The notes beneath the pieces were generated by a model, which worked only from the letters and a program-made list of their open reading frames with translations, was not told where the DNA came from and ran no database searches. A stretch of DNA of 64,000 nt, taken from contig CAYGFH010000001.1 in NCBI GenBank assembly GCA_964349125.1, forward strand, positions 197,408 through 261,407, in the 5' to 3' direction. The DNA is from an uncultured Gammaproteobacteria bacterium. Its GTDB lineage: Bacteria; Patescibacteriota; Microgenomatia; UBA10105; UBA927. Both the position numbers and the translations under genes were made by a program. Shown piece by piece: positions 27,912 through 36,295 of this stretch; within the stretch, counting starts at the first letter, position 1, and every line of letters begins with the position of its first letter.

Positions 27912-29474
27912 TTACAGATAGCCCCTATCGTCTAGCGGCCTAGGACGGTGCGTTCTCATCGCACAAATCGCCGGTTCGAATCCGGCTAGGGGTACTAAAT
28001 TTGTTTTAGAAGATGCAACGTCTCCAATTAGAGCAAAAGGAAGGCCTAATTCTGCGGTTCCAATACTTTCATTTTTATAGATAACTCCCTTAGGAAACAT
28101 AAGAGTCTGGAATCTTAACTTATATTCAAAAGGAGCATCAAGCCATATGGTAGCCGCGTTATCAAACAAACTCTCTGAGAGGCTAACAAGATAATCTATA
28201 TTAGTTTCCTCAGATACTGAATCGCTCCTTTCAACTTCCTTAATCACGATTTCCTGATCTAACCTTGACTTTGCTCGTTTGTAATCTTCATCGTCCACTA
28301 CACCATCTAGATTCTTTTGAAGTAGCCGTTCTTTCATTTCTCTGAGCTTAGCCACTTCCTTGGTAACTTTATTTAAAATTGACAGCTTCTCTGACTGTTT
28401 TTGTTTCCATACATCATAAAGAATCTCCTTAAATAGTTTTTTGAAGTCGGAATTAGGCTGTATATCCTTTAGTGTACTGTAGAATATTTCTTCTAGAGTG
28501 TTTTTAGAAATTCTTGTCTTTCCACATAGACAATGATAATAGGCATATCGCTTGTTCCTACCTTTAGACCAACTTCCAGTTAAATATTCACCGCATGCAT
28601 CGCACTTGGCTATATTTTTTAGAGGAAAATCTGGATTTTTTACTAAACGCGGCACTGAAGTAAAGGATTTTCCTTCTCTAACTGCTTTGACGCGGTAAAA
28701 AAGTGCTGGTTCAATTATTTTTTCATGCAAACCTTGCACCTCATCTTTCCATCCTCTTACCTCAATAACGCCCATATACAGTTTATTCCGAAGAATATGA
28801 TCCACAGATTGTGGCGTAAGTTTATTGCCTTTGGCGCTACGTAGTCCCCAACGGTTCATTTTTTGAGCCATATCCTTGAGTGTGTAGCCTGTCTGAGAAT
28901 ATGTCTCAAAAGTTTTTAATATTATTGGTGCTTTAACAGCGTCAATTATTATGCCTGCTGGGGTATTTTTATATCCAATCGGTGCTTTCCATGCCCAAAA
29001 GCCTTGTCTTACCTTTTCCTGAAGACCCCATTTTGTTTTATCTGATCTCGTGTCGTTATCCCATTGAGCTACAGCAGAAAAAATATTTTCAATAAATTTA
29101 CCCGTTGATGTCTCATCTATGTTCTCTGAAACTGATCGTAGAACTACATTAAGCTTACTTAGAACTGCTCGCACCATTTGATGGTCAGCTGTGTTTCTTG
29201 AAAACCGATCTAATCTTTGGACTAGTAGCACATCAATCTTCCCACGGTTCTTATGACAATAATCCAACAGTTTAATGAGTTGCGTCCGATCAGCGGTTTT
29301 CGCGGATTCGCCCTCTTCCCTAAAAACTTGAACAATATTCCATCCTTGCCTCGCGCAGTGTTCACGGCAATATTTTTCTTGCGAGTCTAAACTAAAGCCA
29401 CTAGTTGCCTGTTCCTCTGTGGAAACGCGTGTATATATAAGGGCATTCATAATTTTCTCAGCCTTTTTATCCAT
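27912..29474 (-). CDS. Large serine recombinase (integrase) of integrated element
   Basis: N-terminal resolvase catalytic domain (YTRVSTEEQ catalytic Ser; VQRLDRFSRN), central recombinase domain, zinc ribbon CDACGEYLTG...YYHCLCGK, coiled-coil C-terminus. The last ~27 codons overlap tRNA-Glu on the opposite strand. Confidence 0.9.
   Translation of the reverse strand: MDKKAEKIMNALIYTRVSTEEQATSGFSLDSQEKYCREHCARQGWNIVQVFREEGESAKTADRTQLIKLLDYCHKNRGKIDVLLVQRLDRFSRNTADHQMVRAVLSKLNVVLRSVSENIDETSTGKFIENIFSAVAQWDNDTRSDKTKWGLQEKVRQGFWAWKAPIGYKNTPAGIIIDAVKAPIILKTFETYSQTGYTLKDMAQKMNRWGLRSAKGNKLTPQSVDHILRNKLYMGVIEVRGWKDEVQGLHEKIIEPALFYRVKAVREGKSFTSVPRLVKNPDFPLKNIAKCDACGEYLTGSWSKGRNKRYAYYHCLCGKTRISKNTLEEIFYSTLKDIQPNSDFKKLFKEILYDVWKQKQSEKLSILNKVTKEVAKLREMKERLLQKNLDGVVDDEDYKRAKSRLDQEIVIKEVERSDSVSEETNIDYLVSLSESLFDNAATIWLDAPFEYKLRFQTLMFPKGVIYKNESIGTAELGLPFALIGDVASSKTNLVPLAGFEPAICAMRTHRPRPLDDRGYL
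27921..27994 (+). tRNA. tRNA-Glu (anticodon CUC)
   Basis: Cloverleaf: acceptor GCCCCUA/UAGGGGU, anticodon stem GUGCG/CGCAC with loop UUCUCAU (anticodon CUC), T-arm GCCGG-UUCGAAU-CCGGC; overall close to bacterial tRNA-Glu. CCA is not encoded. Confidence 0.8.
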
Positions 29475-29772
29475 TGTGTCTCCTTAATGGTGCCTTATCA
29501 ATACCTTTAGGTGAATTTTTGGAACCACGTACCACTACTGCCTCTGTAATAATTTCAGCAAGGCCATATAACTTATTTAGCATTTCCTGTAAATCCAAAT
29601 CAGACATGGAGCGGGATCTGCCACCCATTATGTTTCTCGCTTTGTTTAATGAAATCATAAAAGCTCTATTAATTTGTGGCCGGGAGGGGAATCCCAGGCA
29701 CAAACCAATAGAGCTAATAAAAGCCTGATTCCCCTTTTGACCACAAAAAATAGCACCGTTAGAAACACACAT
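29467..29772 (-). CDS. Small hypothetical protein upstream of and translationally coupled to the integrase
   Basis: Stop overlaps the integrase start by 8 nt. No recognisable domain; could be a recombination directionality factor. Weak SD; the start is uncertain (alternative Met gives 63 aa). Confidence 0.3.
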   Translation of the reverse strand: MCVSNGAIFCGQKGNQAFISSIGLCLGFPSRPQINRAFMISLNKARNIMGGRSRSMSDLDLQEMLNKLYGLAEIITEAVVVRGSKNSPKGIDKAPLRRHNG

Positions 29773-29863
29773 TTCATTGTGTTGCTAAAAGTGCCAGTCG
29801 CTTTTCAGCGTGTTAGGCTATTAAATTTTTAATATCCTAATTAAATTGTAAGTAATAATTTTA

Positions 29864-30226
29864 TCAATCGTCAACTTTACCCTTATTAGTAAGAATTGAT
29901 CGTATATCAGCAGATAGTTGTTGTAGTTCTGGAAAATTAATTGAACCAGATACCGGTTGTTTAGGCTTACCGATTACTGTCTCAATAATGAATTGCAGCA
30001 TTCTTTCATCTGGAGGCCTTGTATATACATGCTTTCTTTTACCTTCTATGCGAACGCACACAATCTTTCCAAGAGCTATATCAAGAGAAATATCCGCCAC
30101 GGCTTGCCATTGAGTAAGTAAACGATTCACTAAGATATCTCGCGCTTCTACTTCCATGACTGTTTTTATATTTAGTGCACCTTTTTTTCGTCCGGCACCC
30201 GGTCGCATTCCACCTCGTTGTTTCAT
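29864..30226 (-). CDS. Phage-like DNA-binding protein with N-terminal AT-hook-like GMRPGAGRKKG motif
   Basis: N-terminal basic Gly/Arg/Pro motif common in small phage/mobile-element proteins; no other domain recognised. Confidence 0.5.
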   Translation of the reverse strand: MKQRGGMRPGAGRKKGALNIKTVMEVEARDILVNRLLTQWQAVADISLDIALGKIVCVRIEGKRKHVYTRPPDERMLQFIIETVIGKPKQPVSGSINFPELQQLSADIRSILTNKGKVDD

Positions 30227-30312
30227 AATATTTGATTAAAAATCAATAAAATCAAAACTCTATATTATTATGGTACAGGAAAATTTTATCAGAGGGCAAA
30301 TTAGAGGTATGT

Positions 30313-30525
30313 CTACAGAAGTTCTTTCACGGCAACTCTAAGCACACGTGCAATTCTGTTAAGCACTTCTAACGACGGAGCGTTTCTGCCTTGCTCTATA
30401 TAACCCATATACGCGCGACTAATACCGACTTTTTCTCCAAGTTCTTCTTGAGTTAATCCGGCAGAATTGCGCAACTTCTGTACTTTATGTCCGATCACAC
30501 GGGGTAACTTAGCATTCCTTCTCAT
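30313..30525 (-). CDS. XRE-family (Cro/CI-type) helix-turn-helix transcriptional regulator
   Basis: LRNSAGLTQEELGEKVGISRAYMGYIEQGRNAPSLEVLNRIARVL canonical XRE HTH. Confidence 0.85.
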   Translation of the reverse strand: MRRNAKLPRVIGHKVQKLRNSAGLTQEELGEKVGISRAYMGYIEQGRNAPSLEVLNRIARVLRVAVKELL

Positions 30526-30559
30526 TGCCTAATTGTTGGCCAAATGTCTTACAAGTTAC

Positions 30560-30624
30560 ACTTAGCTACAGTTAGCAATTAGCCTCATATTATGCTTGCA
30601 TTTCTGCTAACTTAGGGTTAGCAT
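30560..30624. promoter_or_regulatory. Divergent promoter/operator region with repeated TTAGC / GCTAA half-sites
   Basis: Three direct TTAGC copies (30562, 30572, 30579) and inverted GCTAA / TTAGG / TTAGC copies (30606-30622) between the XRE gene and the divergent small membrane-protein gene. Confidence 0.45.
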
Positions 30625-30635
30625 AAAGAAGATTT

Positions 30636-30824
30636 ATGATTAAGATTATTCTAGTTGTTATTTTTATTCTCGGTGCACTCTTCTCTAATGCCTCCCAAAT
30701 ACCGGCATGGCTACTAGGTGCCGGCAAGCCTAACGATAAGGAAACACCACATTGGAAAGTTTATGGTGTAATAGCGGCATTTTTGTGGGTCGGCTTATTC
30801 GCTATAGCGAATTTAGCTTTATGA
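30636..30824 (+). CDS. Small two-TM membrane protein divergent from the XRE repressor
   Basis: 62 aa with two hydrophobic helices (ILVVIFILGALFS; VIAAFLWVGLFAIANLAL). Confidence 0.45.
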   Translation: MIKIILVVIFILGALFSNASQIPAWLLGAGKPNDKETPHWKVYGVIAAFLWVGLFAIANLAL

Positions 30825-30933
30825 GTGAGTATGGAAAAGATGATAACCGTACAAGACATAGCACAACTTATTAAGCTTGCTCTATTTGGTAGCAACAAGC
30901 AGCGTGTGTTGGCGGTACGCTTGCTTTGCTTGC

Positions 30934-31386
30934 TTAGATAATGTTGTGTACGTTTGAAGCTTCTAAGGGCATTGTACGGAGCATAACGCCTATTTCTTTA
31001 ACAACGGCATCTGCAAATTCAGCCTTGTGAGCATTATCCTTGAGTATTACTCGCTTCACTCCACGTTTTTGGGCTTGTTTATTATATTCCGGAACGGATG
31101 ATATAGAGATTACTTTATCCGGGCCGAATTTCTCAATGTTAAGTATGTGAAACGAGCCACCGAGCTTACAATCACGATCAAGTAGGATTATGTCAAACTG
31201 AATGCTTTTGTTATCGTTAATTAAATTCTCTACCTGTACATGATTTGTAAGCACAATGGTAGACAGATCATAAGGTTGGTCACCCTCAAGGTCCGCGAGA
31301 CGTTCAAGAATAAGAGAAAGCGTTTTGAGATCGTCTTCTAATATAAGAATAGTTTTGTGTAAGACCATACTTGCAGTATACTCCAA
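30934..31386 (-). CDS. Standalone CheY-like response regulator receiver domain protein
   Basis: ILILEDD acidic pair, ILLDRD phospho-acceptor Asp, ISISS Thr/Ser position, KRVILKD Lys position. No output domain. The likely start is the MVLHK Met. Confidence 0.65.
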   Translation of the reverse strand: MEYTASMVLHKTILILEDDLKTLSLILERLADLEGDQPYDLSTIVLTNHVQVENLINDNKSIQFDIILLDRDCKLGGSFHILNIEKFGPDKVISISSVPEYNKQAQKRGVKRVILKDNAHKAEFADAVVKEIGVMLRTMPLEASNVHNII

Positions 31387-31440
31387 CTGTAAACGGGCAT
31401 TTACCGTTGTATCAAGCCCGAAAGTTAATATTTAAGCAAC

Positions 31441-32124
31441 ATGAAAACCATCAACATTACAAGCGTCTTTTTGTTATTGATACTCATTCTTCTTTTAATG
31501 ATTTTGGAGTTCCAATCAAATAATAAAGAAGTTGTTTTGCCAATCGTTATTCAACTTTATGGTGGTTTTGTAGCGGTACTAGTGGGTGTCTACATTCCGC
31601 TGGCAGAGGCTAAGAAAAAAGAAAGGCAAGAAGAACGTAGGCGCATGATTGCTTCTCTAAAACTCATCTGGTCAGAGCTTGATATAAACGAAATTGTGAT
31701 GAGAAATATACTTCTAGGCCTTCAAACAATGCCAAGAAAAATTGACCAGATGTATGATAGCGTTTTATTCGTACTTAATGTGGCAAAAGACCTAAGAACA
31801 GAGGCTTACTATGGTGCTATCTCGTCAGCCACAATAATGACAATTAGCGAATCTGATGCAATATTTAACTCGCTGCAGCAAGCCTACTACAATATGCAAC
31901 TAACAGAAAGCGGCCTGAGCATGACGGCAGATGTATATAAAGAATATTACCAAAAAAATCTAGCTACTATCCCACAAGAATTCAAGGCACAGGTACTGGA
32001 TATTCATGATAAAGAAATAAAAAAGTGTGTAAGCGCGATTACATTCATCGCTACGGCTAAAAAAATAAGCGGAGCATATCTTTCTAAAACGGGCGTTACT
32101 TTTTCCCAAGGCGCTTATATATAA
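31441..32124 (+). CDS. Hypothetical membrane protein (two N-terminal TM helices plus cytoplasmic helical domain), first gene of the OLD cassette
   Basis: TM1 VFLLLILILLLMIL, TM2 VAVLVGVYIPLA, then a charged KKKERQEERRR region and an alpha-helical domain. Confidence 0.5.
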   Translation: MKTINITSVFLLLILILLLMILEFQSNNKEVVLPIVIQLYGGFVAVLVGVYIPLAEAKKKERQEERRRMIASLKLIWSELDINEIVMRNILLGLQTMPRKIDQMYDSVLFVLNVAKDLRTEAYYGAISSATIMTISESDAIFNSLQQAYYNMQLTESGLSMTADVYKEYYQKNLATIPQEFKAQVLDIHDKEIKKCVSAITFIATAKKISGAYLSKTGVTFSQGAYI

Positions 32125-32186
32125 CGGAATTTGCACGCATGTAATTCCGAGGCCGGTGTATAATCATATAAAGATTAATAATACCT

Positions 32187-34205
32187 ATGATATTAAAAAG
32201 TACCCAATTAATAAACGTAAAAAGCTACTATCCTGACTCTACTATCAACTTTGAGAGCGATATAAATATATTTGTTGGTCCGAATGCCGGTGGCAAAAGC
32301 AATCTATTTGAAATTTTACAAGGGGTTATAAATACTATCCTTTTAAAACACGTTACTCTTCAGCAGAATCCGGCTTGGAACGATATCAATAATCCTGAAA
32401 GAAATAAACCCTTCAAGCTAGATTTTGATAATGTGGACCAAAATAATTTGAAGTTGCATATTTTTGACAAGCATTTTAAACATACTACTGAGCCTCAAAC
32501 TATTTATATATCTCTTGAGTTAACAACTGAGGACGTAAAACAAATTAGCTATATCCTTTCTATAAGGGATATAATCATTGCAAAATTGGAAAAAGATGTT
32601 GTTAACTCTCTTCCTTTAACCACTCTGCTTAAATCAATACCCATTGATATCCACTTTGGGGACTTTGTTAACAAGACTGTAAAGTTAATGGTTAATTCAG
32701 AAAATTCATTTACGATAATGATAAGTGATTATGCTGGATATAGCCCAGAACAACAAGCCAGACTTAATATGTTATTTGAATTAATACAGTACAGGAATGT
32801 CTTTCATGAAATTTCCCTTATATCTTTAACACCTGACATCCACCCTGCTAGTAGGTATTTCGGTCCACACAGAACTCTAAATCAAGTTAGAGATGATATT
32901 AATGTAGATTTGAGCTCTGCTGGAAATCTTGAAGATAATTACGCTAAGGACATAAACCAATTTACTGATAATACACGTTCCTTTATTGACTCATCGTTTA
33001 ATAAATTATGTTACCTTTTTAAATCTGGCAACACACATCTACTTGATAGATATAAAGAGTACTTGAGTAAATATCTCAAGGTCAACTTAAATATAAGTCA
33101 AATTGAGCATCCTACCAAGTTTTTATACAGAGTTAACTTCACACGACAATCTGGTACACCCTTAAGACTAAGCTCAGGTGAGAAAGAGTTCTTTAATCTT
33201 ATTAGTGGATTAATCCTATCGGAGCTCAAAGATGGGATTGTGTTTATAGATGAGCCCGAACTTCATCTCCACTTTCAATGGCAACAGGTTATTCTAAATT
33301 TAATTAAGGACTTGTCGCAGGATTTTAATATACAGTTTCTTATCGTTACACATTCTCCAAAATTTATTAATCAAGAAACGTTACCCAAAATATTTAGGGT
33401 GTATATGGGCAATGAATTGTCTAGTTGTATAGTTAAACCTGAGAATCCTTTAAACGGTGCCGACGCTAAAGATTTAATTAAACTCATCAATACAACGAAC
33501 AATGAAAAGGCATTTTTTACTCAAAAAGTAGTTCTAGTTGAAGGTGTATCTGATCTGATTGTCTATTCAAATATACTTCATAAGTTAAAAGATGATGCTC
33601 ATTCTGAAATAGAGATAGAGGTTATTGAAGTAGCAAGTAAAGGCAATCTATTAAAATTTAGAAATCTGCTGACAGAATGGAAAATTGATAATTACATTAT
33701 TGCAGATTTAGGTTACTTGAAAGATGTTAGACGTGATAAAGAACATATGATTCATGAGGAAGAAACAAAGGCAAAATTTGTTAGTTTGAATGATCAGATC
33801 AACAGTCTTGTTCTCTTTTCAGAAGAGGAGCTTAAAAATATCCTATGTAGAAATCCCGGCGAAGATGCAAACACCATTGTGAACTTAATAAGAGATAAAG
33901 AAACATTGGGTAATGATGAATTTACTAAAAGATTATTAACTCTTTGTAACTACATCCGAACACAGCGTGCTATTAAACTTAACCCCCACGCATCCTTTAG
34001 TATACAGCTCGTGGAGCTACTAACAGACTTAGCAGAAAAAGAAAAAATCCTTATACTTAGGGAGGGGAATTTGGAAGATTTATTTAAGCCTCTTAAGACA
34101 GCGGGTAATAAAGTCACTAACGCTATAAGACTAACGAATGGGATTACACTTACTGATATCCCCGAATATTTAAAAACTTATCTAAGGAATATCTTAACAG
34201 CATAA
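32187..34205 (+). CDS. OLD-family ATP-dependent nuclease-like protein (ABC-type ATPase plus C-terminal Toprim domain)
   Basis: Walker A FVGPNAGGKSNLFEIL, ABC signature LSSGEKEFFNL, Walker B IVFIDEPELHLH, H-loop IVTHSP. The C-terminus has a VVLVEGVSDLIVYS Toprim-like glutamate and downstream IIADLG acidic motif, as in P2 Old / GajA-type proteins. Confidence 0.8.
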   Translation: MILKSTQLINVKSYYPDSTINFESDINIFVGPNAGGKSNLFEILQGVINTILLKHVTLQQNPAWNDINNPERNKPFKLDFDNVDQNNLKLHIFDKHFKHTTEPQTIYISLELTTEDVKQISYILSIRDIIIAKLEKDVVNSLPLTTLLKSIPIDIHFGDFVNKTVKLMVNSENSFTIMISDYAGYSPEQQARLNMLFELIQYRNVFHEISLISLTPDIHPASRYFGPHRTLNQVRDDINVDLSSAGNLEDNYAKDINQFTDNTRSFIDSSFNKLCYLFKSGNTHLLDRYKEYLSKYLKVNLNISQIEHPTKFLYRVNFTRQSGTPLRLSSGEKEFFNLISGLILSELKDGIVFIDEPELHLHFQWQQVILNLIKDLSQDFNIQFLIVTHSPKFINQETLPKIFRVYMGNELSSCIVKPENPLNGADAKDLIKLINTTNNEKAFFTQKVVLVEGVSDLIVYSNILHKLKDDAHSEIEIEVIEVASKGNLLKFRNLLTEWKIDNYIIADLGYLKDVRRDKEHMIHEEETKAKFVSLNDQINSLVLFSEEELKNILCRNPGEDANTIVNLIRDKETLGNDEFTKRLLTLCNYIRTQRAIKLNPHASFSIQLVELLTDLAEKEKILILREGNLEDLFKPLKTAGNKVTNAIRLTNGITLTDIPEYLKTYLRNILTA

Positions 34206-34264
34206 GTTCTAACATTGTTGTTAATATTAGTTAAGCTGTTATAATTGGATGCCTGCCAAATTGT

Positions 34265-34948
34265 ATGAAAATTAATTGGCTGGCGGGTCTATTCATAGGT
34301 TGCCTTCTTACATTGCTTGTGCTGGGCTTTAATACCCCATTGTTGCCCAAATTCCAAATTCAATATACCCTTCAAGGCTCGCAATCTGATTGGTTATCGG
34401 CGATTGGAACACTTTTTGCGACAATTACAGCTTTAGTAATAGCTATTTGGGGAAAAAGCCTTCGCAAATTATCGTTCTGGTCGGACATACGCATAATAGA
34501 TTCGCAAGTAAACTTCCAACCATCTAAAGAAGGACGCGGAGGTTATGTAAGGTTCTTGTTTAAAAATTATGGCAATGATACAGCTGAAGATGTTGAAGTT
34601 TATATAGACCACATACAAGATAACGATTCAGATCGTCTTAATTTTTTGCCAGTTCCACTTAGATGGACACATGACGGTCGGTCAAAAAGGAGCTTCCATC
34701 CAAATCAGTATGGGTATTTAGATTTTTGCAATGTTCATGATATTGGAAACAGATCAGATGGGGCGCATTTTACTTTAGCTGCCGGATCTGGAGTCCCTAG
34801 CTATGAACAAATAGCAACAGGCAAATCTCAACTACACCTAATAATTTTTCAAAAATCTGGTCAAATAAAAAAATACAATGTAAATATTAGTTATAATATA
34901 AGCGATAAAGTTCCCAATATTACAAATATTGCGGAAACTATTAATTAA
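34265..34948 (+). CDS. Hypothetical membrane protein (two N-terminal TM helices plus beta-rich domain)
   Basis: TM1 LAGLFIGCLLTLLVLGF, TM2 IGTLFATITALVIAIW; no recognised domain. 59 nt downstream of the OLD-family gene. Confidence 0.5.
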   Translation: MKINWLAGLFIGCLLTLLVLGFNTPLLPKFQIQYTLQGSQSDWLSAIGTLFATITALVIAIWGKSLRKLSFWSDIRIIDSQVNFQPSKEGRGGYVRFLFKNYGNDTAEDVEVYIDHIQDNDSDRLNFLPVPLRWTHDGRSKRSFHPNQYGYLDFCNVHDIGNRSDGAHFTLAAGSGVPSYEQIATGKSQLHLIIFQKSGQIKKYNVNISYNISDKVPNITNIAETIN

Positions 34949-35455
34949 TTGACTATGGATGAAAAATTAAAAGAGAGTCTACGACATATCCAAACGCATC
35001 CAACAACCGGGTTACCTCATAACCAACAACTTATTACTACACAAATTGAATCTATTTTCATGCTTGATAGTCTAGGTGAAAAAATTGATCAATTAAATAA
35101 AACACTTGTTGATTCAGGAAAAATTAATCAAGGACTTGAACAATCAAATTACCGCCTTCAGTGGGCAATGTTGATACTTACTGCCATAGCTACATTTACG
35201 GTTATTTATCCCATCCTTAAAGGATATTTTGTCAGCCTTTTTGTTGTAAACGCGTTTGGATTTTCTGTAACCGCGGCTACGACTGGCTTAATTGCTGCAC
35301 TTGTATCGGGATTGGTAGCAGGAGCATTACTTGGTCTTGCCAAAAGGAGCTTAAATAAGATGGTATTCACGAATTTAGGCGATCAAATTAAAATACGCGA
35401 TAGTGTTAATATCGTATTAAAAGATAAGGACGGGAATATTAAAGAAGCGAGATGA
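34949..35455 (+). CDS. Hypothetical protein with N-terminal coiled coil and C-terminal TM helices
   Basis: Directly abuts the previous gene. Hydrophobic C-terminal half (WAMLILTAIATFTVIYPIL...LIAALVSGLVAGALLGLA). The start is probably the ATG at 34955. Confidence 0.5.
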   Translation: MTMDEKLKESLRHIQTHPTTGLPHNQQLITTQIESIFMLDSLGEKIDQLNKTLVDSGKINQGLEQSNYRLQWAMLILTAIATFTVIYPILKGYFVSLFVVNAFGFSVTAATTGLIAALVSGLVAGALLGLAKRSLNKMVFTNLGDQIKIRDSVNIVLKDKDGNIKEAR

Positions 35456-35505
35456 CATAGCTAACGGCACTTTTATTTAATAGAAGAATATAATTTACCC
35501 ATAGA

Positions 35506-36027
35506 TCACCAGGATGAGACTAATTTTACTAGTTCTTCCCTCGTTCTATTTATTTCATCTTCTAGTTGTTTATATAATTCTTTTGGCATGACATCCGATG
35601 TTCTCATTTGCCACGCATACAAATAATATTTAAGTTTTATACTCACTGTATTGTTAACTTTTTGAAGTTTATTTGCTACAAAAGCAATATGCTCGGAATC
35701 ACGAGGTGGTGATTGGAAGAAGGCCTGTTCGCCTTCAGCGCAGAATTTTAAAACTTCTTCACCTAAATTACTTTTCGTAATAGCGGAATTTCTACGTTTT
35801 TCAAAAAAATATCCTATTAGTTTCTCAACTATCTTATACAACATTGTAAAACCACCAGCTCCACCTGCTGAACCGACTAAAATTGTCGTATACAATTGAG
35901 TCTGACTTATAACAATTGTATTATTTACAGAATTAACAAATAAAGCTGTGGCTGTAGCGTCTGACATATATATAGAGCAGTTTACTGCAAAACTAGTGGC
36001 TGATCCATAGGCTATGTGCTGTATCAA
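35506..36027 (-). CDS. Hypothetical protein (island cargo)
   Basis: 173-aa ORF with a Gly-rich motif SAGGAGGF; no recognised domain. Confidence 0.4.
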   Translation of the reverse strand: MIQHIAYGSATSFAVNCSIYMSDATATALFVNSVNNTIVISQTQLYTTILVGSAGGAGGFTMLYKIVEKLIGYFFEKRRNSAITKSNLGEEVLKFCAEGEQAFFQSPPRDSEHIAFVANKLQKVNNTVSIKLKYYLYAWQMRTSDVMPKELYKQLEDEINRTREELVKLVSSW

Positions 36028-36228
36028 CGTTATAAATATTAATTCTAATACACTATGGCAGTCTTAACTGTGAATGGATGGAGGCTATTAGAAATGGAGC
36101 TACTCCACTGCCTAAATGAAAACAGAAGCTGGTTCCATTGAGAAATCATCTGGGGTACAAGCAAAAAGACAAGGCTAAATGCCTGGTTTTTTGTTTGTAT
36201 TCTCTTAAGTATTGAACCGTCCGAAGGA

Positions 36229-36281
36229 TCGGTTCGGAGCGCCCGTATACCTCGGCGTTGTTACTCATCCGGCTAGGGGGA
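36229..36281 (+). repeat. Degenerate duplicate of the tRNA-Glu 3' end (putative distal att site of the island)
   Basis: GGTTCG...ATCCGGCTAGGGG matches tRNA positions 27973-27992; 13-nt exact core. Confidence 0.5.
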
Positions 36282-36295
36282 CATACAGAAAAAAT

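Larger units (their letters stand above)
27980..36281. mobile_element. Integrated genetic element (~8.3 kb) at tRNA-Glu: integrase, regulatory module and candidate defence cargo
   Basis: Serine integrase adjacent to and overlapping the tRNA. A 13-nt exact repeat of the tRNA 3' end (ATCCGGCTAGGGG) sits at 36267-36279, preceded by GGTTCG as in the tRNA T-arm. There is a marked drop in GC content between the two sites. Contents are phage-like (XRE repressor, AT-hook protein). Confidence 0.55.

Noticed and set aside
27912-27994. Treating the last ~27 codons of the integrase ORF (overlapping tRNA-Glu antisense) as a pure ORF-calling artefact
   Set aside because: There is no earlier in-frame stop, so the overlap is reported as observed. 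Antisense overlap of int with the reconstituted tRNA 3' end is plausible for tRNA-integrating elements, but the true C-terminus cannot be fixed from sequence alone.
36220-36290. A second tRNA gene at the island's distal end
   Set aside because: Only the 3' T-arm/acceptor portion is present (GGTTCG ... ATCCGGCTAGGGG), with an insertion and no D- or anticodon arms. Interpreted as an att remnant.
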